Assembly: GCF_009914755.1 (NCBI RefSeq) | Contig: NC_060940.1 | Length of the DNA stretch: 64,000 nucleotides | Origin: the human T2T-CHM13v2.0 reference genome, Homo sapiens | Reading direction: 5' to 3' (one strand) | In this document: piece by piece, positions 31,860-49,440 of the stretch | Layout of the letters: each line of letters starts with the position of its first letter | Numbering within the stretch: position 1 is the first letter of the stretch | Translations under genes and position numbers: made by a program | The notes under the pieces: generated by a model | Database searches by the model: none | What the model saw: the letters and a program-made list of their open reading frames with translations, nothing else | Told to the model about the DNA's origin: nothing

Positions 31860-32015
31860 CACTGCTTCTGGTTTGCATCTGGCGATGACACTTAACATGC
31901 TGTTTTCCTAAAGAAAATACTGAAACTCTATAAGCCTCAGTTGCTTCATTTGTAAGATGTGCATAATAAGACTTCACAGAGTGGTTAGCAATGGAGTGAA
32001 TGGCATGCAAATAAA
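31860..32015 (+). mobile_element. MIR
   Basis: 'ctctataagcctcagttgcttcatttgtaagatg' core. Confidence 0.7.
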
Positions 32016-32626
32016 GTTCTGATACGTTGTTTTCCTTAACCAATGTATCTCCCTCCTTTTTGATGTTGTAAAATCAGTAACTGTATTCTCAAAGGAACAC
32101 TGGAATTCTGGCTCAATAACCGAGTTTTGTTTTTGTTGTTTTCATTTGATTTACTTTACCGTCTCTTCTCAGCTGTGATGTTGTTTAAGTTTGACTAACT
32201 GAGGAGATTAACTGAATTTAACAATAGAAATATACTTTGTTCCTGTATTAAAAAATCCAAAGTTTACTTTTTGCATATGTTTTTTCAGTTTTATTATGAG
32301 AAAAACACCTTCTACTGGCCTTTACTTGAAAAGACAATAGAATTTTACTATATGTTAAATTGGCCTGAGAAGAAATTCGAACTGTTTTGTTTCATAAGTA
32401 ATCAGTTTTGTTCATGTATACATCCTATTATATTTGTATTTTTTAATATTTTGTTAACCCCATATGTCACCTTGTCTCTGATTGACAGTGACTAACAGAA
32501 TTACTTACCACAAAGCAGAAAGAAAAAGGAAAATGCACGAACACACATTCACAAAGGGTATGCCTGCACATACCTGTAAACACACAAACTAAAGTCATAA
32601 AATAAACATAGATTTAAGTGAAATCT

Positions 32627-33247
<621 letters not shown>

Positions 33248-33916
33248 TCAAGACTCCTGCAATTTCTCCATGTTATGCACATTAAAATGAATTTTGTATG
33301 CCTTTTCTCCTATTAGTCTGCCTTTTGTCAGGTGATTTTTCAGTGAAAATTCAGAGGGCAAAAGCACCATTTTCTCTTGGCCCGCAGAGTTTTGGTGCTA
33401 TCAGCAGAGTAACCAATACTGCTCTGCTCTTCTGGAAGCCACAGTTAAAGGAATACAGGACTTGACTAGCAGGCAAAGGTACGAAATTCTTAGCAATCCT
33501 GGTCTCTTCTCTGTGGAATCCAGTGCAGTAGATAATAAAAATCACTGCTTTTCCTTTTCAAATTTGAGAGTAATGAGAGAAAAGCATTTGTATGACTAGT
33601 CTTAGGTGTAGTGACTCCGGTCTATGTTTGGTATAAATACTCTTATTGTCTGATCCTTTCCCTCCCCAAAATAGTCTCTACTTTGTCCTTTGTCTCTGTC
33701 TTTTTGTAGATTCCTTCTCATTTTATGTCCTTGAGGCGGTGACTTGTGACCAAGTGGGAGCACTCTTTCTTGGTCTTCACCATTTGGAGGGCATGATTTT
33801 CACATCATATACAGTGGCCACTCTGAAAGGACTGGGAGTCTTGAGACAGTTCAGATATAAGGCACCATATTCTTTTATTCTTTGTTCCTAATGGACAAGG
33901 CTGTCAGGATAATTTT

Positions 33917-34239
33917 TCTTTCTTTCCTTCTTTCTTTCTTTTTTTTTTTTTTTTTGGAGACAGAGTCTCACTCTGTTGCCCAGGCTGCAGTGCAGTGGCA
34001 TGATCTTAGCTCACTGAAACCTCCACCTCTCAGGTTCAAGCAATTTTCCTGAATCAGCCTACCGAGTAGCTCAGACTACAGGCACATGCCACCATGCCCA
34101 GATAATTTTTGGTATTTTTAGCAGGGATGGGCTTTTTCCATGTTGCCTAGGCTGGTCTCAAACTCTTGAGCTCAGGCATTCCACCTGCCTCGGCCTCCCA
34201 AAGTGGTAGGACTACAGGTGTGAGCCACTGTGCCCAACC
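33917..34239 (-). mobile_element. Alu (J/S-like)
   Basis: Full dimer; degenerate TSD caggataattttt/caggaaaactttt. Confidence 0.95.
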
Positions 34240-34435
34240 AGGAAAACTTTTCTTAATAAGTCCTATATATGAGAAGCTTTTGCTGTCTTAACTCTTGTTG
34301 CCTGGTTAGTCCTGGAAAATCCAATCCCAAGAAGATCTACCCAGTATCCCAGGTGGAATTAACAGTTCTGTGGCTGGAAGTCTCCACAGATTTGTGAGGT
34401 GCTAGAGACACTGTAAGCACAAAGATTGTTTCTAA

Positions 34436-34787
<352 letters not shown>

Positions 34788-34847
34788 GTAATTTTTTTTT
34801 TTTTTAAACGTGAAGGGCTGCATCTTCTGTACCCATTTTTAAAGTGC

Positions 34848-35173
34848 CACCTTCAAGCGGTGATTAGGTCAACAGGGCTTTGTCTTTATGAATGGATTAA
34901 TGTTTTTCTTGTAGGGGTGGGTTGGTTATTTTAAGTGTGGCTTTGTTGTGAAAACAAGTTTAGTCATTTCTTGTTCTCTTATTCTTGTCCTCTCTTGCCC
35001 TTCCACCTTTCATTATGGGATGACGATGACACAGCATGAAGGCCCTTGCCAGATGCTGGCACCATGCTCTTGGAATTCCCAGTTCCAAAACTGTGAGCTA
35101 AATAAATTTCTGTTTATTATAAATTGTCAAATATCTGGTATTCTGTTGCAACAACACAAACCAGACTAAGACA
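34848..35173 (+). mobile_element. 5'-truncated MST (MSTC/D-like) LTR
   Basis: 'ggtgattaggtca...gccagatgctggcaccatgctcttggaattcccag...gactaagaca'; the LTR's 5' end is missing. Confidence 0.85.
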
Positions 35174-35629
35174 ACTTCTCATCACCCAGACTCATATCAA
35201 TGTTGCACATCTATCTAGAATAGTTCTTGGTCCAAATTAGGAGTTAAGAGTAAGTTTGAACAAATTTGAAAGTTATAGCATGAATTTTAGGCCATGGGAA
35301 TGATATGTCATTTAAATACAGTATTAAACAAGGAAAAATGTGATAAAGAACTGAACCTCAAAGACATTAACATTTAGAAATTTGAAAGATAGGGACTAGC
35401 TATTGTATACAAAAAAATAACTGTCGGGAAGAAAGAAGAGGCTAGAAAAATGTGGTGTCACAAAAAGCAAAAGTGGAAGAAACTATTTTCAGAAGGAGAG
35501 TTAGGTCAACTTTGAAATATAAGGTTGTTGAAAAGATGAAAAGATAAAATTTAATGTATATCCATCAGTACAGTGTGCAACACATAAATATACATCAATA
35601 TATAAATTATTATTATAAAATTCTAAAAT

Positions 35630-35917
<288 letters not shown>

Positions 35918-36092
35918 TCTAAAATATATGTTGTACCACATTAAACAACAAGTATCTCCCACAAATTAAATGCTAAAATTGAGTAGAAAAAATCTTGGTG
36001 AATGAACCAAATATCAGATCATGTATATCTCAGGGAACACATTAAGCATAATCATGAAAGAATGTCTGACATTCGCTTTGGGTGAAGTAGAT

Positions 36093-36285
36093 TGCTATGG
36101 ACTAAATGTTCCCCCCCAAAATCCATATGTTGAAACCTAGTCCCTAGTGTAATAGCATTTTGAGGTGGAACTTTTGAGAGGTAATTATGTCATGAGGGTG
36201 AATTCTTCATGATGGAATTGGCACCCTTGTAAGAAGAAACATGAGAGCTAGCTTCCTATCTTTCTGCTCTGTAGCATGTGAGATG
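36093..36285 (+). mobile_element. MLT1A-like LTR 5' fragment (followed by a MIR piece to ~36370)
   Basis: 'tgctatggactaaatgttcccccccaaaatccatatgttgaaacct'. Confidence 0.8.
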
Positions 36286-36494
36286 TCCTATTGTTGTGAA
36301 GATTAAATGAGCTAACCAGGTATATAATAAGGCCTGATGTATAGTATGCTCTCAGTAAATGTTAATTGTTATTTCTGTTCTTCTTGCTGTTATTTTTGGT
36401 GCTGTATTTCTTTGTTACTCTTATTAGACTGACAAAATCCATTTACACTATGTTTAGTGACAGCCTTTTGTGCACGTCTCTACCGCACTTACTC

Positions 36495-37278
<784 letters not shown>

Positions 37279-38099
37279 ACAATTTCATTTCTTATTCTCA
37301 CTTGAGGAATATAAATATATTCACTATTGCTTATCTTTTTCCTTTTTGCCTATTTCCTAGACACAGAAATTGCCACCAGTTCTTAGGTTTCTTACCAAGA
37401 TGATCTATTTCACCTACCAGTTTATTTTTGCTTTCCCTCTGTCAACAGAACAAATTTATTCTTTAAGCTAATGTTGAATTTGACAATGGTAGAATATCTC
37501 CACTTATGACACATCTCTAGTCTTTTAAATCTAGATAGGGTAAGTTAGGATACCTTGCAAGTAATATGGTGCAAAGAAGAAACTTTTGGCCATAAAATGT
37601 ATAACCAATCCAATGAACAGATATTTTCTGTTTTGCATTTAAAAATCACTAAGCCACAAAAAACAAACTACAGTGCCCCAAACAACTTTGGAGTATATGC
37701 CTATAGAGTTCTTTCTACCGTAATCCTCTTGGTTATGTAGGAAAATAAATGAGAAAACACCTATGAACATTTAAAAACTAAGTCGTTTATAGGAATAGAG
37801 TTTAATAGTGATGATGGAATAAAAAAGATACCGAGTATCTGAACAAGCCCCTGAGGAAGATAAGGTCTTTCTATTTTAGAGCTATTGGATATATGTTTGC
37901 TTCCCCCTTTAAGTTTCTTCATTTCTTTGTACAATGATCTAGCTCTATTTTCCACCAGGTTTATAGCTAAGGCTTTCACTTTAAATCTGTTCATCTTATT
38001 TGTGATCCAGATGACAGAAAGCAATTGCACTAAGTCCTTAAGTCTGTTTGCATTCAAATGGTGCCTCCCAGGCCTGATTTACATTACCCAAGCAGGTTT

Positions 38100-38145
38100 T
38101 GTCTGGAAAATTCACTTTCCCTGTCTGGAAAATTCACTTTCCCTG
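38100..38145 (+). repeat. Perfect 22-nt tandem duplication
   Basis: (tgtctggaaaattcactttccc)x2 + tg. Confidence 0.95.
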
Positions 38146-38760
38146 AGACTTGCATGTGGGTGTCAATTTTCATCAAGGGTGAATCTATTAGTCTCCTTCA
38201 TTTCCTGATTACTCAAGGTTTTATCAACTAGAAGGGATTTAACATGACTGAAGGATAAGCGCTCTATCCATTTCTCTAGATATGGTAAATTTTCTCTCTG
38301 GGTCTACCCAGATAATCACAAAGTCAGGTACCTGGGCCATAATCTTTGAGCCTATGATGGAATAGCTTTTACTGAATGGGACTTTGTTCCATGGACTTGC
38401 ATTAAAGGCCATAATAAGAGTCAGTCTTAGGAAAACGTAGACCTTACTTGTATCAGGGCCTGAGAAAATTTGTCAACAAGTGTGTCTTTCATAAAAAAGC
38501 TCTTAATCGTGATTAAGGCATAGTCCATGGCACACTGGTGAGCTGGGAGGTGTGACAAAATATTGATTCATTCAGTCTTCAGGGACAAATGGCAATGCCC
38601 TAGGGCTCATCCTTCCTGGCTGAGAGAAAACTCATCTATTTATCACAGTGCACCTTAAAAATAGACCAATTTCCCTTTGCTCCTTGATAAGAAAAAGTTT
38701 GGGAGCACTGCTAATGACTATGCCAGTAGATTTTCTAAGTAACTAGCTTTTATTTTGTAT

Positions 38761-39132
38761 TGTAGGGGCTAAGTAAAACATCCCCTTCACCTTCTGAAGT
38801 TTCACTGAAAATTAATTGATAAAGGGCAGATTAATAGAAGAAAAAGCATACGCCAGGCGTAGTAGCTCATGCCTGCAATACCCACACATTTGGAGGCCAA
38901 GGCAGGAGGATTACTTGAGGCCAAGAGTTTGAGATCAGCCTGGGGAACATAGTTGAGAGCCGATCTCAACTAAAAAATAAAAAATAGCTGTATGTGGTGG
39001 CTGCTACCTCTACTCCTAGCTACTTGGGTAGCTGAGGCAGGAGGATCACTTGAGCTCAGGAGTTTGAGGCTATAGTGAACTATGATTATGCCACCACACT
39101 CCAGCCTGAATGAAAGAGTGAGACCTATCTCA

Positions 39133-39167
<35 letters not shown>

Positions 39168-39684
39168 ATAGCATACTAAATTCATTTTAACATACACAGC
39201 AGTGGGAAAATTGCAGAAGTGTGATTATCCAATAACCCAATGGGGTACAAAAGTTTATCCTTCATGTAGGGGAGGGGGAAGATGGGGAAAATAGACAATT
39301 CTTTTGAGAGGCAGTAAATGATTTTTAGAGAGGATGAATGGGCCTGGGAGGCAGAAATTAACTTGTAAGTAATTCTCTCTGTAATTTGAATGAACCCAAG
39401 AGGAAGACATTATCATGTGAAAAATTCTGTCCTGGTGTGGTTACATTACTCAGTCTTCTTTTCTACCATAGATAATGAGATTTTAGGGAGAGGATAAAAG
39501 GCAATTGTATTTGTCTTTGGGGGCCCAGATTTTAGGTAGGCAAGAGAACTTCAGAGAAAAGCCTCATCCCATGCTTTGGGAGACATAAAGGGTTAAGAGG
39601 CAGGAGTGGAGGAAGGTCAGACGATGCCGGTGTCATTTCTTTAGTTCAGCCATATTTCAGGATAAAATATTCTGATTTCCTTCA
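38761..39684 (-). mobile_element. ERV1 3' LTR (MER34/MER39-group) with inserted AluJ
   Basis: Minus strand tgaaggaaatcagaatat...gcccctaca; contiguous with internal sequence at higher coordinates. Confidence 0.8.
38852..39170 (+). mobile_element. AluJ with (TAAA)n tail
   Basis: J-type 'gaggctatagtga'; TSD aa(a/t)agcatac. Confidence 0.94.
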
Positions 39685-41198
39685 GTTTCCCATTTCAAAT
39701 AATATTTTTAGACAGTTTCACATATTAAAATAGGATTGGTAGTTATGGAGAGAGAAATCAAGTTGGTAATTAAATGGCGAGGTATCTGAGAAAGAAGAAA
39801 ACAAAATAGATTAGGACGAGAATGAATACATAGAAAAGAATGAATCTGAGCACTTTTCTTCACACCCAGTTAAACCAGTCTCTCATTTCCGGGAATAGGC
39901 CAGTTCAATTAAACAGTTGCCTCTCATTCTATAAGATGGTGTTGCAGATATAGTCTCAAAGCTAGGCCTCTATATATGATACAGGCCAAAAGATTGTTAA
40001 TAAGAGGTATTTTTATGAAAACAGGAAAAAAAAACCAAAGTTTACTATGTACAGTAGTCTATAAAACAGTTTTTCTCTAGTCTGGAGGGCAGCCAGTGGC
40101 AAAGACAACTGCATCTAAGCTGAAGCATCTTTAGTTAGAGAAGGGAGGGTAGTGGCAATCTCACAAATTTTCCTGGCATAAAGGTTGTCTATACAAAAGC
40201 CATTGTGGTGATTTCTGTGGTTCCTATTTATCAAGCTGTCTAACTTCAGTTTACAGAGCTTCAGGAAAAAGGAATTTTTAATTTCTGCTGATTTTAAGTC
40301 AGAAAAGTGGGGTGAAATGGGAAACAGTATGGCAAGTTGCAGCCGGATACTGGAGGAAGCTACAAATTCAGGATTCAGTCCAGATAATAAACGTAACTCA
40401 AACATTATGGACAGGGCTAGAATCTAATAGTAGGTGTGCAGTAATTTTCTTCTGAAACATAATTTTTCTTTCTCTGGTCCCTCAGTTCTATAAAAGATGT
40501 TTATGGAAAGACTAACTTGTTTGTAAAACAATTTGCATTAACTTGACCTGTAACTTTCTGTAAAGTTACAGATAATGACTTATCATACAGGCTGTACTTA
40601 AATTGGCTTTGCTGTAACTTCTCAAAAGGAATCCAAGATTAGACTTTTAAAAGCCACTGAAGGCTAAGAAACCAAGCCAAGAATTTGACTCACCTTCAGA
40701 CTGGTAATACCTGTATGAATTGGGTGAATTTCTCTCTTCTTGAGGTCTCTAAAACTTCTCTTGAGTTTCCTCAGCCTGTCAAAAAGTGACATTATTTACT
40801 TACCACAAAGCTAGGAATTTTATGAGGGAACTGTGTATATAAGGTTCTAGGCAAGTCTTTCCAAGGGTATGAGGTTGGCTTTATAAAGTCAACCCCACCT
40901 TCTCAAAGCTATCTAAAGATATGACATTCCAGTCAAAGTCTGGGTAAAATAATTTGCATCTCCACTTGAGTCCTGTTACAAAAGAAAACAGGTCTTTAGT
41001 GAGCTTATGCAAATAACTGTATTGCCATAAAATAATAATACTCATGAATCATCCAAATTCTGGAGGAATCAAATAGTAAGAAAGACAAATGTTTCAGTTT
41101 TGTTCAGAAAAGTATAGTTTACCCAATTGCTGTAAGCTATAAATAGCTTAAAAGAAAAAAAGCTTTTTGTACTCTGGAAAACAGAATATAAAAATTAT

Positions 41199-41825
41199 TG
41201 ATAAGGCTTCAGTGACTGGAGGAACACCAGCGTCCTTGGTTTTGAGCTGATTTAGATAAAACGACATGGATATACATGGAATGATTTGAAGGAGCGGAGA
41301 GTTTAAAACGCAAGAAAGAAGGAAGAAGCTCCCCTGTACAGAGACAGAGGGCGGGGGGCTCCAAGTTGAGAGAGGAAACCCCCAGTGCAATGGCAAACAG
41401 CCAGTTATATGAGGAGGCTGAAGGAGGTGGTGTTTGATTTGCGTAGGGCTCAGGGGTTTGGTTTGCTCAGGCATGTCATTCACGTAGAGGCGAAGAAACT
41501 GGCCCTCTCACCCTGGCCTTTTAATATGCAATTGCAGGGCACCATGATGTTTTACACACGTGGGGATATGTGGAGGTGGCCATGTTGCCAGGCACATTAG
41601 GGAAGAAGGGAAAAGATGGCAGGAATTGCCATGTTTGGGTGGAACCAGTTTTTAATGGCCGCATTTGCATATCAAAGCTTGTCCGCCTACCTCTAAGAGC
41701 CAGGACTTTCCTGCTAGACAAGACAAGAAACGTTTCTGGAGCTGCTTTAAAAGAAACAAAAACTCCCCAAGGACCCTTTTTCTTCTCTATGTGCCCAAAA
41801 TAATTTCTTAATAACTCTTATAACA
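41199..41825 (-). mobile_element. Solo ERV1 LTR (LTR20/LTR25/MER61-type) nested in the provirus
   Basis: Minus strand tgttataagagttattaagaaatt...ccttatca; TSD ttat/tgat; octamer ATTTGCAT ~41663. Confidence 0.8.
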
Positions 41826-43169
41826 TGATCAGCAGTGTTTCAAACAAAAAAAAGTTATAAAAAATCATAATTGTTCATCAGTTCAGTCCCATGTGATTAA
41901 TTCTTGTTCTGCTTGATGTTTGGTTAGCAGTTTTATGAATCTAATTTTTCTTCTATTGGAGCTTTTGAAATTCTTACCCTGTTTAATTGAATAATTTCAG
42001 TCATCAGCAGAAGTCTGTATTTCAGAGTACCTGTCAGAATCTTTTTAACTTTTTTTAGGAAACATGAAAACACAATACTTTAGAATTATAGTTGCTTGCA
42101 AAGATTTTTGAGAAAAAACATCAGAATTAAAGCTCTTAACTGTGGAGAACAAGGCTTACAATGGCCGTAGTTAAAGATGGAACTGACAAGGAAATTTGGT
42201 TATTTTCTGTTACAACAATTTAATATATCAGATTTTTAGGAATCATAGTCAACTTTGGGGTGCATACCAATAATACATTTATACAAATATAACTCAGAGA
42301 AAGTTAAGCATCATTTTTTATTTGCTAATGTCTTCTATATTATTTAACATATTAAATAAGCCTGATTAGGTTTATTATCTTTCTTTCAGATGTTTTCAGG
42401 GTTTCTCTGCATTTTTCCCAAAGTTAGTTTGAAGTCATAAAGACTTAATTTAGAATACAAAATTTGATTTGGGGAAGATTGTCAAATATTTCAAAGGTTT
42501 ATAACACTTGATCAAAAAAAGATTATAGGTCACTGTAAATTAATAGTCATTCATTTAGCCAAAGTGATAAGTAAAACATTTTAAAAATCAAAAACCTTTG
42601 TTCACTGATAGAAAACTAAATTTTCCAAGCAATCAAAAGGCCTAATAAAGACAATGTGAGACATACAAAATCTCTCCTCTTTCTCAACCTTCCCCTTTTG
42701 CAGTTCACTCAAAGGTGAATAAAATATTTTGCTATCTTATATTAATATTACACAAAAATCTTGTTCAAAAGAAAAAAACAAAGTTAACTTTTGTAGAAAT
42801 GTGTCGTTAATACTAAAGCTAATTTTAACAAAATTTTATAAACAAATCTATCTAATAGCATTCAGCATTGACCACACAAACATACCCATAAACTTTCATA
42901 ACCACTTAAAATTTTTAAAAATTTCGTAGCTTTTTATATCCACTACTTTTGCCTGCCTTTTTAAAATTTTGAAACAACATCTAGATAACTCCCAAACTAA
43001 ACAAAATTTATTTTCTTTCAACAAAATCCACTTCTTCATGACTTCCTTAAAACATTTTTCATCAAAAACGTGTCTTCTGTTTGTTTGTTTGTTTTTGGTA
43101 CTCAGCATGTGAAATTGTTTCTCTTAATTTTAGCACTTGTAATTACATATATTAACTATAGTTTTAACT

Positions 43170-43508
<339 letters not shown>

Positions 43509-44894
43509 TAAAAACATAGGAAGTAAGAAATTTTAATTGTTATATACCAAAACATTTTATGAATACATATTTTATAATTTCTGGAAGCATAGGCTTGTTT
43601 GTAGAACAATTTTTTCAATGTGAAACAGATCATATTTACCAACAAATTCATATATCTTTTTCTTTAAAATAAGACAAAAGTATGTAAGCTTAAACTCATT
43701 TAGTCATTGTTGTTTTAGCATTATGTTAGATTTGGAAATAATCTAGATATTAAATGAATATCCATCATTTAATTTAGCTAAGCCTAACTCTAAGTGTACC
43801 AGTTATCAAAGAGATTTGAAAACTTTTAAGTAAACTGATAATGAAACATAATTATTACTAAAAAGTTTATTTTGTTTAGATTTATCTAATTTACTCATTT
43901 TTAACAATTAGATTTGAATTGTTCATGAAAAATAAAGCTAGCCATTTAAATTATATTATGTTTCTCTTTTGAAAAAGCAAAACCAGGCTAATCCTGTATT
44001 CACCAGTCTTATCTTAAGCAAAGCCTGTGAGATACTGGACACAGGTACCCTCCCCAGTGTCTTCTCCAATTGTCCTGGGTTTCCACATAACACCCAGGGT
44101 AGCTATGAAGGACAGGGCTTATCTGTGTCCTAGATTTACCCACTAGGTGTAGACCCCAGGATAGAGGGCAGAGCTGTGAGAAGATGTGTGAAGGATCCAG
44201 CCCTTCCCATATGGCCAGGAGGTAGAGCTGGGCCAGGGAGGATGGGGCCATGTATGAGGCTTGGCTCTGCCCTGCAGCTTGTGGCAAAGGCGCTGTGGAC
44301 ACATGTATGTCCCCAGGCCTCACCATGGACCCCGTCTAGAGCTCACAATCTAGAGGCTCAAAACCAAAGACACAAGCTTATAGTAAAATATGTGCAGGAC
44401 TTTTGGGGAGCCCAGATGCCAGACCTCAAAACTTTACCTTACAGGTAAATCAAGCAAGTATTATAGAAATGACAGTTTTATCACCTTAATATCTATCAGA
44501 GATTGCATAAACCTGTCTGACCAGTTGCCCTAGGCAAAAATGTCTAAATTAAATTCTGAAGACATTTTCATTTTGTTTTACAAACAATTTAAAAACCGCC
44601 TTTGTTTACTAAGGATTACTAAAGTTATGTGAACTTGAAAAGCACTTGGCCTTATTAATTTATGAGTGCTCATTTATTTATAAGTCAATTTGTTCCCCTG
44701 TAGATGATACACAAACACAGACAGGTACACATGTATACATAAAAATACAAATAGAAATATAAATTTCATCACTTTGGTTTTACAATTTTAGCCACAAAAC
44801 AAGTAAAACTCACTAGCTTAAAATGACAGTTGGATTCAAACTATGACTTTAAATGGCACAAAGTTAATCTGGTGCACATACTAGAAGCTCTTGA

Positions 44895-45735
<841 letters not shown>

Positions 45736-46260
45736 CGACACTGTAAGTTTTCACAAGAAGGAGTTGGGTGTGTCAGAAGATGATTAAAAAGGGATGCCAC
45801 AGCAACACAAAATAATAAGAATTTACAATAGGATTTTATATGAATATCAATTTTAGTTAGATAGGCAGCTTTCAGTTTAGTCTCCATTTTTCAACTGTAC
45901 CACTGAAGTCAGGAGGAACAAATAAATAAATAGGGCCGATGAAGCGTTTGAAGCTTCTCAGGCCCAGTACTCACACATGTAAAAGGCAGGTACAGCTGTA
46001 AAGTGAGACACCTGGATCTCCATAAATCAAGGATTCCATTCCTGAACTGAATCCCAGGTATCCCAAAGCGGAGGCAAAAGCTCAAGAGGGAAATGCCACG
46101 AGCTGGGCTCTGTAATGCTCCGAAAGTCTGTAATGCCTCGCTGCAAGGACGTTCCCCTGAGGCTGGTGACAACCAGCCCTCTCTGTGATTAGCTCATCCC
46201 CTATAGGTTTTCTTTTCCTGATGGGAGGTGTTTCCACAGCCTCCAAATGACCAAACGGCA

Positions 46261-46633
<373 letters not shown>

Positions 46634-46937
46634 TCAGTCAGAAATCCGAGGCTTTTCTTATCTAAATATGCAAAGAAATACCTGGGATGTCCTTTCTTAG
46701 TATTTATCCACTGACTACCAATGGAAAAAAAAAGTAGAGGCTTAAAAGGGAAAATATTAATGATTTAAAAGAACTGAATGGAAGGTCATAGGTGGTACGA
46801 AGGAGGAGCAGAAGCAAATGGAAGAATAAGTCTTGGCGGAACCAGTTTGGGAAGATCATAAGCTTCCCCAAAAGACCAACGCAATACAGTTTTTTGAGCA
46901 AAAACATGTCAAGAAAGGAAACAAAGAAACCAAACAT

Positions 46938-47032
46938 ATAAACACACACGTGTATATATATATGTGTGTGTATATATATACTTCAGGCTGTGAGTGTGTG
47001 TGTGTATAAAAGATTTCATATAAATATATATA
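46938..47032. repeat. (CA)/(TA)/(TG) compound microsatellite
   Basis: Direct reading. Confidence 0.85.
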
Positions 47033-48320
47033 TTGGCTTTTAATAATATCAGCTTTTAATTAAGCTGACTTCTGATCATAGAGCCCTTAAAACAACAACT
47101 TCAAAAAAACCCACAAAACTTTGCATCTCTTACTATTCTTACGCAGCCTAAACAAACCGTCAATATTCCTAGCTTTTGAACTTTCTTTTTGTTAAACCAA
47201 AGGTATCTACCTAGTGACTCAGAAACAAAATTAAGTTTTTTTGACTTAACCAAGAACACATGAGATGTCTCCAAAGAGGTACAAAGAAGTAGTCTTCACA
47301 GGATCCAGAGCCATCCCCAAAAACTTCTAAAGAAAAAAAAAAACAAGACTTAGAGATGAACAGGAAAAACAACCACTGTGCATTGGAGGCAAAGGATCAA
47401 TAACACATGAGTACCCCAAAAAGTCAAGAGGCAAACAATATAAATTGAAAATAAATAATTCGAACCAATTCTTGTAAGTGTTTCATTTTTATCCTGAGTT
47501 AAAGGATTTTCGTCTTCAGGGGACTAATTCCCTGACCAGGAATCAAACCCAGGCTGCAGCAGTGGAAGTGTAGAATCTTAGCTACTGGAGTACAAGCTGG
47601 AGTGGCCTTCATTGCAGATATGCAGGGGATCCAGAGCTAGTAGTTTGAGCATGCAAAGGATTTTAACTTGTTTTAGATCTGATTTCTGCTTTAAAGAAAA
47701 TCTTGCCAAGGGAGTTTTTATGGTTATATTTCTGCTGTATATTTTTATAGGTACCAATAAGATAGCTGTTTAAGATGAGAGCTCTCTACAATTTTTTTTA
47801 ATGTAGTCAATTTATGTATTCCATGAGTGATTCAAGCCAATAAGTCTTTCACAGAAAGTCACAGAGGTAACTTTCCAGGTTTAGAATACCATGGACAAGT
47901 CCTGATTTATAAAAATGAATATGGATTTTCTAATTATATAACCAGATCCTCATTTAAAACCCATATTGTCTTGAAGTCCATAATCTACAGTTGGTTTGCC
48001 AAGGTTGATTTAAATAACCAATGAAACCATTATAAATATAAAAAATTTTTCTAAGTCAATTCTATTAGGTGAACCCAATATGTTTTATTTATATACAGCT
48101 GGAAAACATTATTACTGCCTAACAACCCTCTCCTAATTTTCCATCCAATAAATATCCTCCTGTTCACCATTCAAATGCTTAATCAAAATATAAGATTAAT
48201 CAACAGTATTTTACAATCAAAGAAGGACTGAAACTCTTTTGGGGTATATGAAAATCAAAGCAAGTTTGAATCAAATAAGATCAGAAAACAAAACGAAAAA
48301 ACTGCCTACAAATTTTATAA

Positions 48321-48384
48321 TTGTGGATGTGGATGTGTGTGTGCACATGTGTGCATGTATGTATGTGTCATGTATCTGAATTTA
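48321..48384 (+). repeat. Left arm of a ~62-nt inverted repeat
   Basis: Reverse complement matches 50612-50673 at ~58/62 with one 2-nt indel. Confidence 0.9.
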
Positions 48385-49059
48385 CACTAGCTCTTAATTT
48401 ATAATGAAAATAAAATTATCCTCATTATTTCTTTTTTCCTTAATTGAAGAGGCATTCCCTGCACACATACAAAACCTGTACCTTTGTAATTTTTGACTTT
48501 TAATTTCTTAGACAAAAATGCCTGCCATTTCCCCCAAAGCAATATGTACTTGCAGTTATTAATTCACATAAATTCACTCCATCCCTTAAAATTGATTTTG
48601 TGAAATTAAATCACATACTTTTATATTTAGTTAAATTTTGAAAAAGGTAATATATTAAACTGTATTATTTGAATTATTTAATGATTTGCTGCTAACGTGA
48701 TTTGGCCACAATATGGTAACCTCATCTGAAAAATATATTTTTTTTGGTTTTCAACATGCACCCCTATACTTGACATCCACAATCATCCAAAATGAATATC
48801 ACCATCATCTGAATCAGATTTCTTCTCCAGTATAGGTATTATGCATTAAGAAGCCAAGAGCCCAAGAGTTCAATTACTATTCTTATTTTGCAACCTCTCA
48901 GACTTAAACTCAATGTACGATGTACATATCTTCCAGGCACTGTTGCATCAAGCAAACATCAGTTGTCACTTGTTGGGACCATTAACTAGACAAGTCCAAA
49001 ACAAAACTCAGAACAGAGAGGACATGTCGTGCATTCTATAAATTATGTGTTCTGAGAAC

Positions 49060-49440
49060 CTATTAAAGCTGACAGCGAAGGGGGCCTGCTATTGGTGAGC
49101 ACCTGATTATACCTTGTACTTTATTCCCTGTTGACTTTGGTTATGCCATACCTTTCCATTTCCTGGAGAAATAAATTAAAAGTCAGAAGTAATTTGCCTG
49201 ACAGAGGGTGCAGGTGGAATTTTGTTCAGAACAGCCTTTGCACACTGTGAAATCCAATTTAACCCCTTGATGGGGGACAGCTTATTTTCTTTTGTTGACA
49301 GCTTTGTGGCAGCTAAAATAGGGACCTGATTAAACAGAGACAGTGAGAGATTGAGGTCTTGTTCTAACAGCAGGGGGATCAAGGCCTCTAATCTTATCTC
49401 CCACAGCACTGAGATGAACTGAGGAAGTAGGCGGGAGAGA
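49060..49440. promoter_or_regulatory. Candidate enhancer in unique sequence
   Basis: TGACAG at 49070, 49199 and 49296; CTTATCT 49393; GAGGAAGT 49421; motif evidence only. Confidence 0.3.

Noticed and set aside
37761-38057. ORF with LVENRARSLY, faintly like an env immunosuppressive domain
   Set aside because: No CX6CC motif or convincing transmembrane segment, and it lies outside the 3' LTR; 37.7-38.76 kb remains unassigned
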